From positions 412 to 64,411 of the forward strand of contig JADJIV010000022.1 of assembly GCA_016706845.1 (NCBI GenBank): a DNA stretch of 64,000 nt, given 5' to 3'. Position 1 is the stretch's first letter. The number at the start of each line of letters is the position of its first letter. Below, piece after piece: positions 27,060 to 35,551 of the stretch. The notes under the pieces are model-generated. The model made no database searches and was not told the origin of the DNA. It saw only the letters and a list, made by a program, of their open reading frames with translations. A program made the translations under genes and the position numbers. Source of the DNA: a bacterium. GTDB lineage: Bacteria > Krumholzibacteriota > Krumholzibacteriia > LZORAL124-64-63.

Positions 27060-27732
27060 TCAGCGGCGCCCGCGCAGCAGCAGCAGCCGGATCAGCTGGG
27101 TCACGGCCATCAGGGCCGGCGGCGACGTAGGTCAGCGCGGCGGCGTTGAGCACCGCGCTCACCTGCCCGCGCTCTTCCGTCGAGACGATGCCGTGGGTCG
27201 TCAGCAGCTGCACGGCGCGGTGGCTGGCGTCGAATTCGACCGGCAGGGTCACCAGCGTGAACACCGCCGCCACGGCGTAGACCAGGATGCCCACGTCCAT
27301 GAGCCCCGGCAAGTGGAACAGGAACCCGATGAAGAACAGGGGCATGGCCAGGGTGCTGCCGAAGCCGGCCACCGGCCAGATGGCCTGGCGGATCTGCAGC
27401 GGCGCGTAGCCGCGAGCGTGCTGCAGGGCGTGGCCCGCCTCGTGGCAGGCGACGACCAGCGCGGCGACGCTGCGGCCCTCGAAGTTGGACGCGCTCAGGC
27501 GCAGCACGCGCTTGCGGGGGTCGTAGTGGTCGGTCAGCTCGCCGTCGATGCGCTCGATGCCCACCGACGAGAGGCCGCCGGCGTCCAGCAGGCGGCGGGC
27601 CGCCTCCTGGCCGGTCAGACCCCGCGCGGCGGGCACGCGCAGGTATTTGGCATAGGTGGACTTGACCCGGTACTGCGCCCAGAGCGCGAAGACGACCACC
27701 GGGATCAGCAGCATGAACGTGACGTCGAACAT
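27060..27732 (-). pseudogene. YugP-like putative neutral zinc metallopeptidase (membrane). Frameshifted near its 3' end as assembled.
   Basis: MFDVTFMLLIPVVVFALWAQYRVKSTYAKY...VVACHEAGHALQHA (HExxH)...NAAALTYVAA. One extra G/C at about 27115-27120 hides the natural ending ALMAVTQLIRLLLLRGRR-TGA (stop 27060-27062). The frame then runs on into tpiA and the M16 gene, giving the 1377-aa track ORF. Confidence 0.75.
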
Positions 27733-27763
27733 GGTCGCAGCCTCCTCGAAGAACGCGCCCGGG

Positions 27764-28639
27764 TCACCCCAGGCGCGGCAGGAAGTCCAACAGCAGGCGG
27801 GCCATGCGGTCCCGCACCATCGCGCCCGCTTCTACGACATCCTGGTGCGACAGTTCCGGCTGCCCCACCTCCCGGGCGGGGTTGGTGATGCAGGACAGCC
27901 CGACCACGCGCACGCCCAGGGCCGCCAGCAGGGACGTCTCCGGGGCCGTCGACATGCCCACGGCGTCGCAGCCGGCCCGGCGCAGCATGCCGATCTCCGC
28001 CTTGGTCTCGTAGGCGGGGCCCCACATGCTGCCGTAGACGCCGGCGTGCAGGGGCACGCCCGTGGCGGCGCCGGCCGCGAGCAGGGCGCGGCCCAGGTCC
28101 TCGTCGTAGACGGCGTGCGGGCGCGCGCCGCGGCCCGGCGCCGCGGCCGGGGGGGCGGGATCGGCCAGCAGGCCGCGCAGCGGGTCCTGCAGGTGCAGGT
28201 CGAGGTGGTCGCGGATCACCATGAGGTCGCCGGGCCGGTAGAAGCGGTTCAGGCCGCCGGCGGCGTTGGTCACCACGACGGTGTCCACGTCCAGGCAGGC
28301 CAGCACCGCCGTGGGCAGCAGCAGCGCGTCCCAGGGCAGGCCCTCGTAGGGGTGCAGGCGGCCCTGCATGACGACCACGTCCCGGCCGCCGGCCCGGCCG
28401 GCCACCAGGCGCCCGCGGTGCTCGGCCACGGTGGTCGTCGCCCAGCCGGGGATCGCGGCGTAGTCGATCGCGCGCGGATCGCTCACCGCGTCGACGAAGT
28501 TGCCCAGTCCGCTGCCCAGGATCAGCCCGGTGCCGCCGGTGAAGCCGCGTCCGCGCAGCCACGCGGCGGCCTCCTGCACGCGGTCGCGCCACAGATCGCT
28601 GAGCAGGGCGGCGCGCCCGGTCGGGCGGTCCCCGCTCAT
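27764..28639 (-). CDS. Purine nucleoside phosphorylase (PNP/MTAP family, trimeric type)
   Basis: ATG 28639 within ORF 27764..28954. MSGDRPTG...GLILGSGLGNF...GRLHPYEG...VVTNAAGGLN...GPAYETKAE...GCDAVGMSTAPE. Confidence 0.85.
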   Translation of the reverse strand: MSGDRPTGRAALLSDLWRDRVQEAAAWLRGRGFTGGTGLILGSGLGNFVDAVSDPRAIDYAAIPGWATTTVAEHRGRLVAGRAGGRDVVVMQGRLHPYEGLPWDALLLPTAVLACLDVDTVVVTNAAGGLNRFYRPGDLMVIRDHLDLHLQDPLRGLLADPAPPAAAPGRGARPHAVYDEDLGRALLAAGAATGVPLHAGVYGSMWGPAYETKAEIGMLRRAGCDAVGMSTAPETSLLAALGVRVVGLSCITNPAREVGQPELSHQDVVEAGAMVRDRMARLLLDFLPRLG

Positions 28640-29733
28640 ACGACCTCCAGCTCGTCGAGGCCGAACTTGTCGCGCAGGGACAGGAAGGCGCCGGCGGCCT
28701 CGCGGATCAGGTCGGCCTTGACCGCCTGCGGCAAAAACGCGCTCTTGAAGCCGTTGAGCAGCAAGGTCTCGGTCTCCAGCAGGTTCAGGTCGAAGGCGTC
28801 CACGGCGCGGCGCAGCTCCGACAGCAGCGACGTGCGGGCGAACAGCGTGTTGTCCGTGTTGAGCGTCACGCGCAGGCCCAGTTCCAGGTACCGGCGCAGC
28901 GGGTGCTCCCCGACCGACGGGACCACGCCCGTCAGCACGTTGCTGGTCAGGCACAGCTCCAGCGGGATCCGCAGATCGTTCACATAGGCTAACAGATCCT
29001 CGTCCTCGTGCAACCTGGTGCCGTGCCCGATGCGGTTGGCGCCGCAGTAGTGCAGGGCCTGGTGGATGGACTCGGGGCCGAACCCCTCCCCGGCGTGGAT
29101 GGTCGCGGCGAGGTTGTGGTTCATGATGTGGTAGAACGCCTCGCGGTGGTCCTTGGCGGGGAAATCACGCTCCGTGCCGGCCAGGTCGAAGCCGACCACG
29201 CCCCGGCCCTTCCAGCGCACGGCCACTTCGGCCAGCTGCATCGACGCATCGGGGCTGATGGTGCGGATGCCCGTGACGATGATCCCGGCCTGCACGCCCG
29301 TGGTGGCGGTCGCCTCGTCCAGGCCGCGGCGCACGGCGGTCACGACCTCGTCCGGAGTGAGGCCCTCGTTCACGTGGCGCAGGGGGCAGAAGCGGACTTC
29401 CAGGTACCAGCAGCCGTCGGCGGCGGCGTCCTCGACCGTCTCGCGGGCGACGCGCGCCAGGTCGTCGGCCCGCTGCAGGACCTCGGTCGTGCGGTCGAAG
29501 AAGTTCACGAAGTGCTGCTGGCAGCTCTCGGGATCCACCGGGAAGTAGCGGGCGAGCAGGGCGCGGTCCCCGTCCGGCACCTCCCAGCCCCGGGCGCGGG
29601 CCAGCTCGCGGAAGGTGCCCGGCCGCAGGCTGCCGTCCAGGTGGCGCAGCAGGTCGGTCTTGGGCAACTCGCGCAGCACGTCGTCGGGGATGTGGGGCCC
29701 CCGCAGCAGGTCGCTCCGCCGTCCGACGCTCAT
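28636..29733 (-). CDS. add: Adenosine deaminase
   Basis: ATG 29733 within ORF 28636..30447. LPKTDLLRHLDGSL...GVVGFDLAGTE...ATIHAGEGFG...RIGHGTRL...LELCLTSN...VTLNTDN. The stop overlaps the PNP start (ATGA 28636-28639). Confidence 0.9.
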   Translation of the reverse strand: MSVGRRSDLLRGPHIPDDVLRELPKTDLLRHLDGSLRPGTFRELARARGWEVPDGDRALLARYFPVDPESCQQHFVNFFDRTTEVLQRADDLARVARETVEDAAADGCWYLEVRFCPLRHVNEGLTPDEVVTAVRRGLDEATATTGVQAGIIVTGIRTISPDASMQLAEVAVRWKGRGVVGFDLAGTERDFPAKDHREAFYHIMNHNLAATIHAGEGFGPESIHQALHYCGANRIGHGTRLHEDEDLLAYVNDLRIPLELCLTSNVLTGVVPSVGEHPLRRYLELGLRVTLNTDNTLFARTSLLSELRRAVDAFDLNLLETETLLLNGFKSAFLPQAVKADLIREAAGAFLSLRDKFGLDELEVV

Positions 29734-30419
29734 CGTGTCGCCTCCCGGTCGGCGCGGCCGCGCTTGGCCGCGTGCAGGGCGCGGATGTCGTCCAGCAGCG
29801 CGCGCTGGGCGTCGCGGTCGTCGCGCAGGTTGACCCGCTCGGTATCGATGACCCGCACCGGGCAGATCCCGCGGGCGCGGGGCACCCAGTCCTCGTAGGC
29901 CTCGTGCAGCTCGACGATGAAGTCGCGGGGGATCGTCTTCTCGCAGTCGCGGCCGCGGTCGCCGATGCGGGCCATGGCCACGTCCGGCCTGCAGCGCAGG
30001 TAGAGCACCAGGTCCGGCGGCCGCAGGAAGGAGATCATGTTCTGGAAGACCTCGCGGTAGTTCTCGTAGTCGCGGGTGTCCATGGCGCCGCGCCGGTGCA
30101 GCACCGGCGCGAAGATCTCGACGTCCTCGTAGATGGTGCGGTCCTGCACCGCGGAGGTGCCCCGCTCGATGATGTCCTTCTGGACCTCGAAGCGCTTGCT
30201 CAGGAAGTAGATCTGCAGGTGGAAGGCCCAGCGGGGCATGTCCCGGTAGTAGTCCTCGAGGTAGGGATTGTCGGCCACCGGCTCGTAGTAGGCGGGCCAG
30301 CCCAGCGCCTCGCCCATCATGGAGCAGACGGTCGACTTGCCCACGCCGATGTTGCCCGAGATGGAGAGGTAGAACGGCACGTCGTCGCGGCCGCCGGCGT
30401 TTTCTTGCTGTCCGGCCAT
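29730..30419 (-). CDS. Deoxynucleoside kinase (dAK/dGK/dCK family)
   Basis: 229-aa ORF. FYLSISGNIGVGKST (P-loop), YYEPVADNPYLEDYY, FHLQIYFL, QDRTIYED, LRCRPDVAMARIGDRGRDCE. The stop overlaps the add start (ATGA 29730-29733). Confidence 0.85.
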   Translation of the reverse strand: MAGQQENAGGRDDVPFYLSISGNIGVGKSTVCSMMGEALGWPAYYEPVADNPYLEDYYRDMPRWAFHLQIYFLSKRFEVQKDIIERGTSAVQDRTIYEDVEIFAPVLHRRGAMDTRDYENYREVFQNMISFLRPPDLVLYLRCRPDVAMARIGDRGRDCEKTIPRDFIVELHEAYEDWVPRARGICPVRVIDTERVNLRDDRDAQRALLDDIRALHAAKRGRADREATR

Positions 30420-30461
30420 GCGTCGTCCCCCCCGGGAGCCGCGTCACGGGCCGCGGCCGGC

Positions 30462-31623
30462 CTAGTTCGGCGGCGGCGGCGGCTCGTCGTTCAGCGACAT
30501 GTAGTGGTCGTAGGAGATGAAGCGGCGCACCGTGCCGTCGGCGCCCGAGAGCGTGAACACGTAGGCGCCGTAGTTGACGCCGCCGCCGGCGATCCGCACG
30601 TCGACCACGCCGATGGCGACCGGGTCGGAGGTCGGGCTGACGTCCCGGAAGGTCATCTCGTAGACGCCGGTGTCCGAGAAGATCTGCACGCGGTCGTTGC
30701 CGGTGTCCGCCACGAAGATCTTGCCTTGGCCGTCGCTCGCCAGGGCCGTGGGCGTGTCGAACTCCCCCGCCGCGTCGCTGGGGCCGCCCACCCAGGTGTC
30801 GTCCTCGCAGTCCTGCGCGTCGCCGAGGGTGTAGGCGGACTGCGGCTGGGGTTCGCAGTCCTCCAGGTCGAAGACGACGGCCAGGCCGCGCCAGGGGTGC
30901 GGCCCCTCGGGAGTAGCTGCGTTATCCGTCAGGACCGGCGTCGGGTCGAAGCGGGTGACCCAGTTGCGCGCGGTGTCGGCGTCGCAGATCAGCAGCATGC
31001 CCGACTCGTCGCTCAGCATGCCGGCGGGCACGTGGACGGCGCGCGTCGACGGGCCCTCGTCGCGGCAGAGGATGCCCATCGGGGCCATGTCGCCGCCCGC
31101 GTACCAGGCGAAGCGGTGGACCACGCCCGAATCGGGGTCGGCGAGGTAGAGGAACGTCTCGGCGGTCCGCAGCCAGCTCCGCCAGGCCGGTCCGGCTGGC
31201 GTAGAGGTGGGTGACCCGCTGCACGTCCGTCAGCGTCGCGGACCCGACCGGCGACAGGTCGGAGGTCTGGAACGCGCTGAGCCGGTTCGCGCCCGCCTCC
31301 CAGACGAAGACCAGGCGGGCGTCCTCGTCGGTGCAGACGGCGACCGGGTCGGCGAAACCGTCCACGCGCGAGAACTCCTCGTAGTCGAGGGTGCGCTTGA
31401 CGAGACTGCCGTCGGCGCCCACGACGAAGAGGCGGCCGATGGCCGCGACCATCTGCCGCGCGCCGGGGTCGACGAACAGCGTATCGACCGTGTAGGCGTT
31501 GGTCGAGAACAGGCCCACGGCCCGCGGCGCGGTGATCTTGACGCCGCAGCCGATGGCCGCGGCCGCCAGCAGCGCCGCCAGCAGCAGGCAGGCCGCGCGG
31601 CCGTCCGGGCGCGGGCGGATCAT
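30462..31623 (-). pseudogene. NHL-repeat lipoprotein, one frameshift as assembled
   Basis: ATG 31623 (MIRPRPDGRAACLLLAALLAAAAIGCG lipobox) reads in frame to ...VTHLYASRTGLAELAA. After about 31165-31170 the sequence continues in the frame of ORF 30462..31124: TAETFLYLADPDSGVVHRFAWYAGG...GKIFVADTGNDRVQIFSDTGVY (NHL repeat). Confidence 0.65.
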
Positions 31624-32657
31624 CGCCGCCTCCTTCCGTCGGGCAGCGGCGACAGGTCGATGGACAGGTAGTGGATCGTGCCGAAGGCGCCCATGTCGCT
31701 GATGGCGTAGTCGAGCCGGATCCGCCACTGGTCGCGCGCCAGGTTCACGCCGAAGCCGGCCGCGAGGCCGCCCTCGGCGCGGTTGGTCTCGTAGCCGCCG
31801 CGCAGCAGCAGGCGCTCGGCCAGGCCCAGCTCGGCGCCGCCGCGGAAGCTCTCGGAGGCGTCGGTGGGGTGGTGGAAGTCGGACGTCGTCAGCAGGGTCG
31901 TCCCGCTGCCCAGGCGCCAGGTGTAGGCCAGCCCGAAGCTGCCGGAGGTCGGCGCCTGGAAGCTCTGGAATTCCAGCGGCGTGGCGTAGCCGGGGCCCAG
32001 CGGCGGCGGCCTGCCGCCCGGCCGCAGGTCGGGGCCGAAATTGCGCACGGCGAAGCCGACGCGCATGTCCCCCAGGCCCGTGTAGTAGAGCGCGCCGAGG
32101 TCCATCAGCAGGCCGCGCACCTCGTAGTCGTCCAGGTTCTCCTGGTAGACCTTCGCGGTGCCGCCCAGCGAGAAGCGGTCGGTCATCGCCTTGGCGACGC
32201 TCGCCGCCAGCACGAACTGGTTGGCGTTGAAGGTGTCGCCGGTCCCCTCCTGGTGGAACTCGTCGGTGCGCGGGATCTCGCCCGAGCGCAGCATCGACCC
32301 CGACAGCGCGAAGCCGTAGTTCTGGCGGCGCCAGCTGCAGGAGGCGTACTCCAGGTCGATGTCGGCGGCGTAGGCCACGTGGGAGAAGAACAGGTTGGTC
32401 AGGCCGGGCGTGCGCATGAGCCCCGCGGGGTTCCAGTAGGCGGCCGGGCCGTCGACGGCGCAGGCGACGTAGGCGCGGCCGAGGCCGATCGCGCGCGCGC
32501 CGACCGGCAGGCGCAGGAACTGGGCGCCGGCGGTGCCCACGTTCTCGTCGCCGTAGAATTCGAGCACGTCCCCCGCATGCGCGGCGCCGGACAGGGCCAG
32601 CAGCAGCAGCGCCGCCGCCAGTGTCCGCGCTCCGGTCCTCTTCGCACGGGTCACCAT
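31620..32657 (-). CDS. PorV/PorQ-family outer-membrane beta-barrel protein (T9SS-associated family)
   Basis: C-terminal 345 aa of ORF 31620..35495. MVTRAKRTGARTLAAALLLLALSGAAHA signal. GTAGAQFLRLPVGARAIGLGRAYVACAVDGPAAYWNPAGL is the hallmark N-terminal block of PorV/UPF0164-type barrels. Alternating beta-strand pattern to the C-terminus. Confidence 0.72.
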   Translation of the reverse strand: MVTRAKRTGARTLAAALLLLALSGAAHAGDVLEFYGDENVGTAGAQFLRLPVGARAIGLGRAYVACAVDGPAAYWNPAGLMRTPGLTNLFFSHVAYAADIDLEYASCSWRRQNYGFALSGSMLRSGEIPRTDEFHQEGTGDTFNANQFVLAASVAKAMTDRFSLGGTAKVYQENLDDYEVRGLLMDLGALYYTGLGDMRVGFAVRNFGPDLRPGGRPPPLGPGYATPLEFQSFQAPTSGSFGLAYTWRLGSGTTLLTTSDFHHPTDASESFRGGAELGLAERLLLRGGYETNRAEGGLAAGFGVNLARDQWRIRLDYAISDMGAFGTIHYLSIDLSPLPDGRRRR

Positions 32658-35551
32658 GAGAAGCTCACCCCCAGCAGGAGCATGCGGGGATCCTCGATGT
32701 AGCTGGGGTCGATCTGACTCTTGACGTACTCGCGCGAGTAGGTGTTCAGGACCGGCCCCTCCTCGCCGTACCAGTCGGCGTAGTTGTCGACCCAGCCCGG
32801 GTTGAGGTCCCCGACCTGGTAGCCCGTGCCCGTCCAGGGGTTGATCCGCCGGTAGTTCTTGTGGTCCAGGACGTTGCGGCCCTCGAAGAAGAGGGTCAGC
32901 CGCTGCCGGCGCGACAGGTCCCAGGTCTTGTTGAAGCGCAGGTTGAGCGACTGCTTCGTCGGCCCCAGTCCCGAGTAGGGGTCGCCGTAGACGTACTCGC
33001 CGAACACGGGGTTCTCCGGGTCGGCGAAGGCGCGCGGCGTGTAGCGCTGGCCGGCCTCGGCCTGGAAGAGCAGGTTGAGGCTCCAGTCGGCGGGCACGGT
33101 CCATCCGAAGATGCGGGGGCGGTCCTTCCGCTCGACGGTGAAGTCGAGGTTGAAGGAGACCTTCCAGGGCTTGTCCCAGAGCAGGGGGTTGCGCTTCAGC
33201 CCGCCGATGCTGGCGGTGGGCGTGTAGGCCTCGTCGTAGACGGCCAGGAGGTAGGCCTCGTCGGCGTCGCTGTTGGTGCCGGTGCTGCGCGAGAGCTCGA
33301 GGCTCGCCGAGCCGCTGAGCCACCGCGTGGTGCGCTTGATGACGCTGAGCTCCACGCCCAGGCTGCGCGCCGAGTCCCCGTTGAAGTAGCGCACGGGCTC
33401 GATGGTGACCGTGCCGGTGTCGTTCGGGTCCGGGGTCTCGTCGGCGCCGATGTTCACCGGCTTCATCTGGACCGACTTGGCGTAGCCGTAGATGTCGCGG
33501 TTGAAGAAGGTCACGCCCAGGCTCCACAGCCCGGAGAACTCGTGCTGGACGCCGGTCTCGTACTCCACGGTGATCTTGGGGTCGAGGTTCGGGTTGCCCA
33601 GCAGCTGGATCTTGGTCGCCGTCTGCGACTGCAGCTGCGGGTAGACGTACGCGTAACGCGGCCACTGCGAGAAGTGGCCGTAGTTGAAGAAGAACTTGTC
33701 CTTCTCCGTCACCGGGAAGCTGACCCCCAGGCGCGGCGAGACGCGCATCTTCCAGCTGCGCAGGAAGAACTCGACGGTGTTGTCGTAGAACTCGTCGGCC
33801 ATGTCGTCGAAGATGAACAGGTAGTCCTCGGAGTGGTCCATGACGTACTCGACTTCGCGGCCCGGCGCCCAGGCGTCGAGGCGGATGCCGGCGTTCACGA
33901 TCATGCCCTTGTAGTTGACCGTATCCTGGAAGTAGGCGGCGCCCACGATGGGGTGCACCTTGAAGATGTCCTCCTTGATGCCCAGCTTGCCGGGCGGCGG
34001 CGAGCCCAGCGAGGACTGCAGGTCCACCAGTTGCATCTCGGTGAAGTTCAGCTCCAGGCCCGTCTTGAACTGGTTGGTCTCGTTGGCCACCCAGGCGTAG
34101 GTCGTCTTCAGGTTCCACGACTCGGAGTAGTGGTCGTGCCAGCGGTCGGCCGAGCCGAAGGCGAGACCCGCGGGCGACGGCGGGGAGTTGATGAGCGGGT
34201 AGGTCGTGAAGTCGTCGTTGCCGTTGATGTTGGCGTGCTGGCGCGAGAAGTTGCGGCCGAGGTTGACCTCGAAGTAGTCCTTCTCCCCCATCACCCAGCG
34301 GTAGTAGAGCTGGCTCAGGATGCTCTCGTTGGTGAAGACGAGGTAGCGGTCCAGGTTGTCCTGGAAGGGCCGCGGGTAGCCCTCGCCCGCCAGCTCGAAG
34401 CCCTGGCTGATCTCGAACTGCCGGTTCACCGTGAAGTTGAGCTTGTGCCGGGGATTGATGGCCCAGGTCCACTTCGCCATGCCGTTCCACTCGTTCTGCT
34501 GGCGCGGGGCGACCCAGTTGAAGTCGTACAGGGGCGAGGTGAGCCGCCGCGTGCGGGAGTAGATCGGCAGGGGGCCGTCGCGCACGTCCATCGAGCCGGA
34601 CAGCAGCAGGTAGGTCTTGCCGGGCACGTCCAGCCCCAGCGCGCCGAGGGCGCCGCTCAGGGGGTCCGGGCCCGAGAGGGAGGCCTTGACCACGTCGATG
34701 TTCTGGGAGCGGTCCAGCTCGTAGGGCTGCCGCCAGTCCGGCGCGGCGGAGGCGTCGACGCCGCCCCAGTGGTCGCGCTTCCAGCTGGCCTTGCCGCTCC
34801 AGCGCTCGCTGCCCTCCTTGGTGGACACGTTCACCACGCCCGAGACGGCCTGCCCGTACTCCGCGTTGAAGCCGCCGGTGAGCACCTCGATCTCGTTGAT
34901 GATCGAGGGGTCGATGGCGTAGCCGTAGCCGCCGCCGGCCAGGGGGTCGTTGACGCTGACGCCGTCGATGATGAACTGCGTGTCGTCGGCGCGGCCGCCG
35001 CGGATGTGGATCTCGTTGTCCTGCAGCGTCACGCCGGGCTTCTGCGCGATCATCTCGACCAGGTTGTCCAGCGGCAGGGCGTCCATCTGCTCCGACGTCA
35101 GCATGTGCGAGGAGCCGGTGCGCTCGATCTCGATGAGCCGGCGCTCCGCCGTGACCTCGATGGCGTCGGTGTAGATCGCCTCCACCGCCAGGCGGAACTC
35201 GATCTCGGCCACCTCGCCCGGGGCCACCGTCACGGTCTCGGAGCCCAGGGCGTAGGAGATGTAGGACGCGCGCACGGTGTAGGTGCCCGGGCGCAGCCCG
35301 GTCAGGTAGAACTGGCCGTCCTGCAGCGCGATCGTGCCGATGCTCGAGCTGGCGATGTAGACGTTCGTGTAGGCCAGCGGCTGCCCGTCCTCCGCGTCGC
35401 GGACGAAGCCCTTGATCATGGCCGGCCGCTGCGTATCGGAGCCGGGGCGCAGGCCCTGCGCCGCGGCCGGGACCACGACGGCGAGCAGCGCGCACGCCAG
35501 CGCGAACGACAGGAGCGGCGCCGCGCGCCGCGGCTGCAGCAGGGCGCTCAC
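32651..35551 (-). CDS. TonB-dependent-receptor-like outer-membrane protein (CarboxypepD_reg domain + plug + large barrel)
   Basis: GTG 35551 within ORF 32651..36274 (VSALLQPRRAAPLLSFALACALLAVVVPAAAQG). IKGFVRDAEDGQPLAYTNVYI...LTGLRPGTYTVRASYISY (CarboxypepD_reg). DALPLDNLVEMIAQKPGVTLQDNEIHIRGGRADDTQFIIDGVSVNDP (plug). The C-terminus LLLGVSFSW ends in an aromatic residue. Confidence 0.85.
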   Translation of the reverse strand: MSALLQPRRAAPLLSFALACALLAVVVPAAAQGLRPGSDTQRPAMIKGFVRDAEDGQPLAYTNVYIASSSIGTIALQDGQFYLTGLRPGTYTVRASYISYALGSETVTVAPGEVAEIEFRLAVEAIYTDAIEVTAERRLIEIERTGSSHMLTSEQMDALPLDNLVEMIAQKPGVTLQDNEIHIRGGRADDTQFIIDGVSVNDPLAGGGYGYAIDPSIINEIEVLTGGFNAEYGQAVSGVVNVSTKEGSERWSGKASWKRDHWGGVDASAAPDWRQPYELDRSQNIDVVKASLSGPDPLSGALGALGLDVPGKTYLLLSGSMDVRDGPLPIYSRTRRLTSPLYDFNWVAPRQQNEWNGMAKWTWAINPRHKLNFTVNRQFEISQGFELAGEGYPRPFQDNLDRYLVFTNESILSQLYYRWVMGEKDYFEVNLGRNFSRQHANINGNDDFTTYPLINSPPSPAGLAFGSADRWHDHYSESWNLKTTYAWVANETNQFKTGLELNFTEMQLVDLQSSLGSPPPGKLGIKEDIFKVHPIVGAAYFQDTVNYKGMIVNAGIRLDAWAPGREVEYVMDHSEDYLFIFDDMADEFYDNTVEFFLRSWKMRVSPRLGVSFPVTEKDKFFFNYGHFSQWPRYAYVYPQLQSQTATKIQLLGNPNLDPKITVEYETGVQHEFSGLWSLGVTFFNRDIYGYAKSVQMKPVNIGADETPDPNDTGTVTIEPVRYFNGDSARSLGVELSVIKRTTRWLSGSASLELSRSTGTNSDADEAYLLAVYDEAYTPTASIGGLKRNPLLWDKPWKVSFNLDFTVERKDRPRIFGWTVPADWSLNLLFQAEAGQRYTPRAFADPENPVFGEYVYGDPYSGLGPTKQSLNLRFNKTWDLSRRQRLTLFFEGRNVLDHKNYRRINPWTGTGYQVGDLNPGWVDNYADWYGEEGPVLNTYSREYVKSQIDPSYIEDPRMLLLGVSFSW

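Noticed and set aside
32658-35495. N-terminal ~945 aa of ORF 31620..35495 (1291 aa)
   Set aside because: It is an out-of-frame shadow of the TonB-dependent-type gene. Only the last 345 aa, from ATG 32657, form the PorV-like protein.
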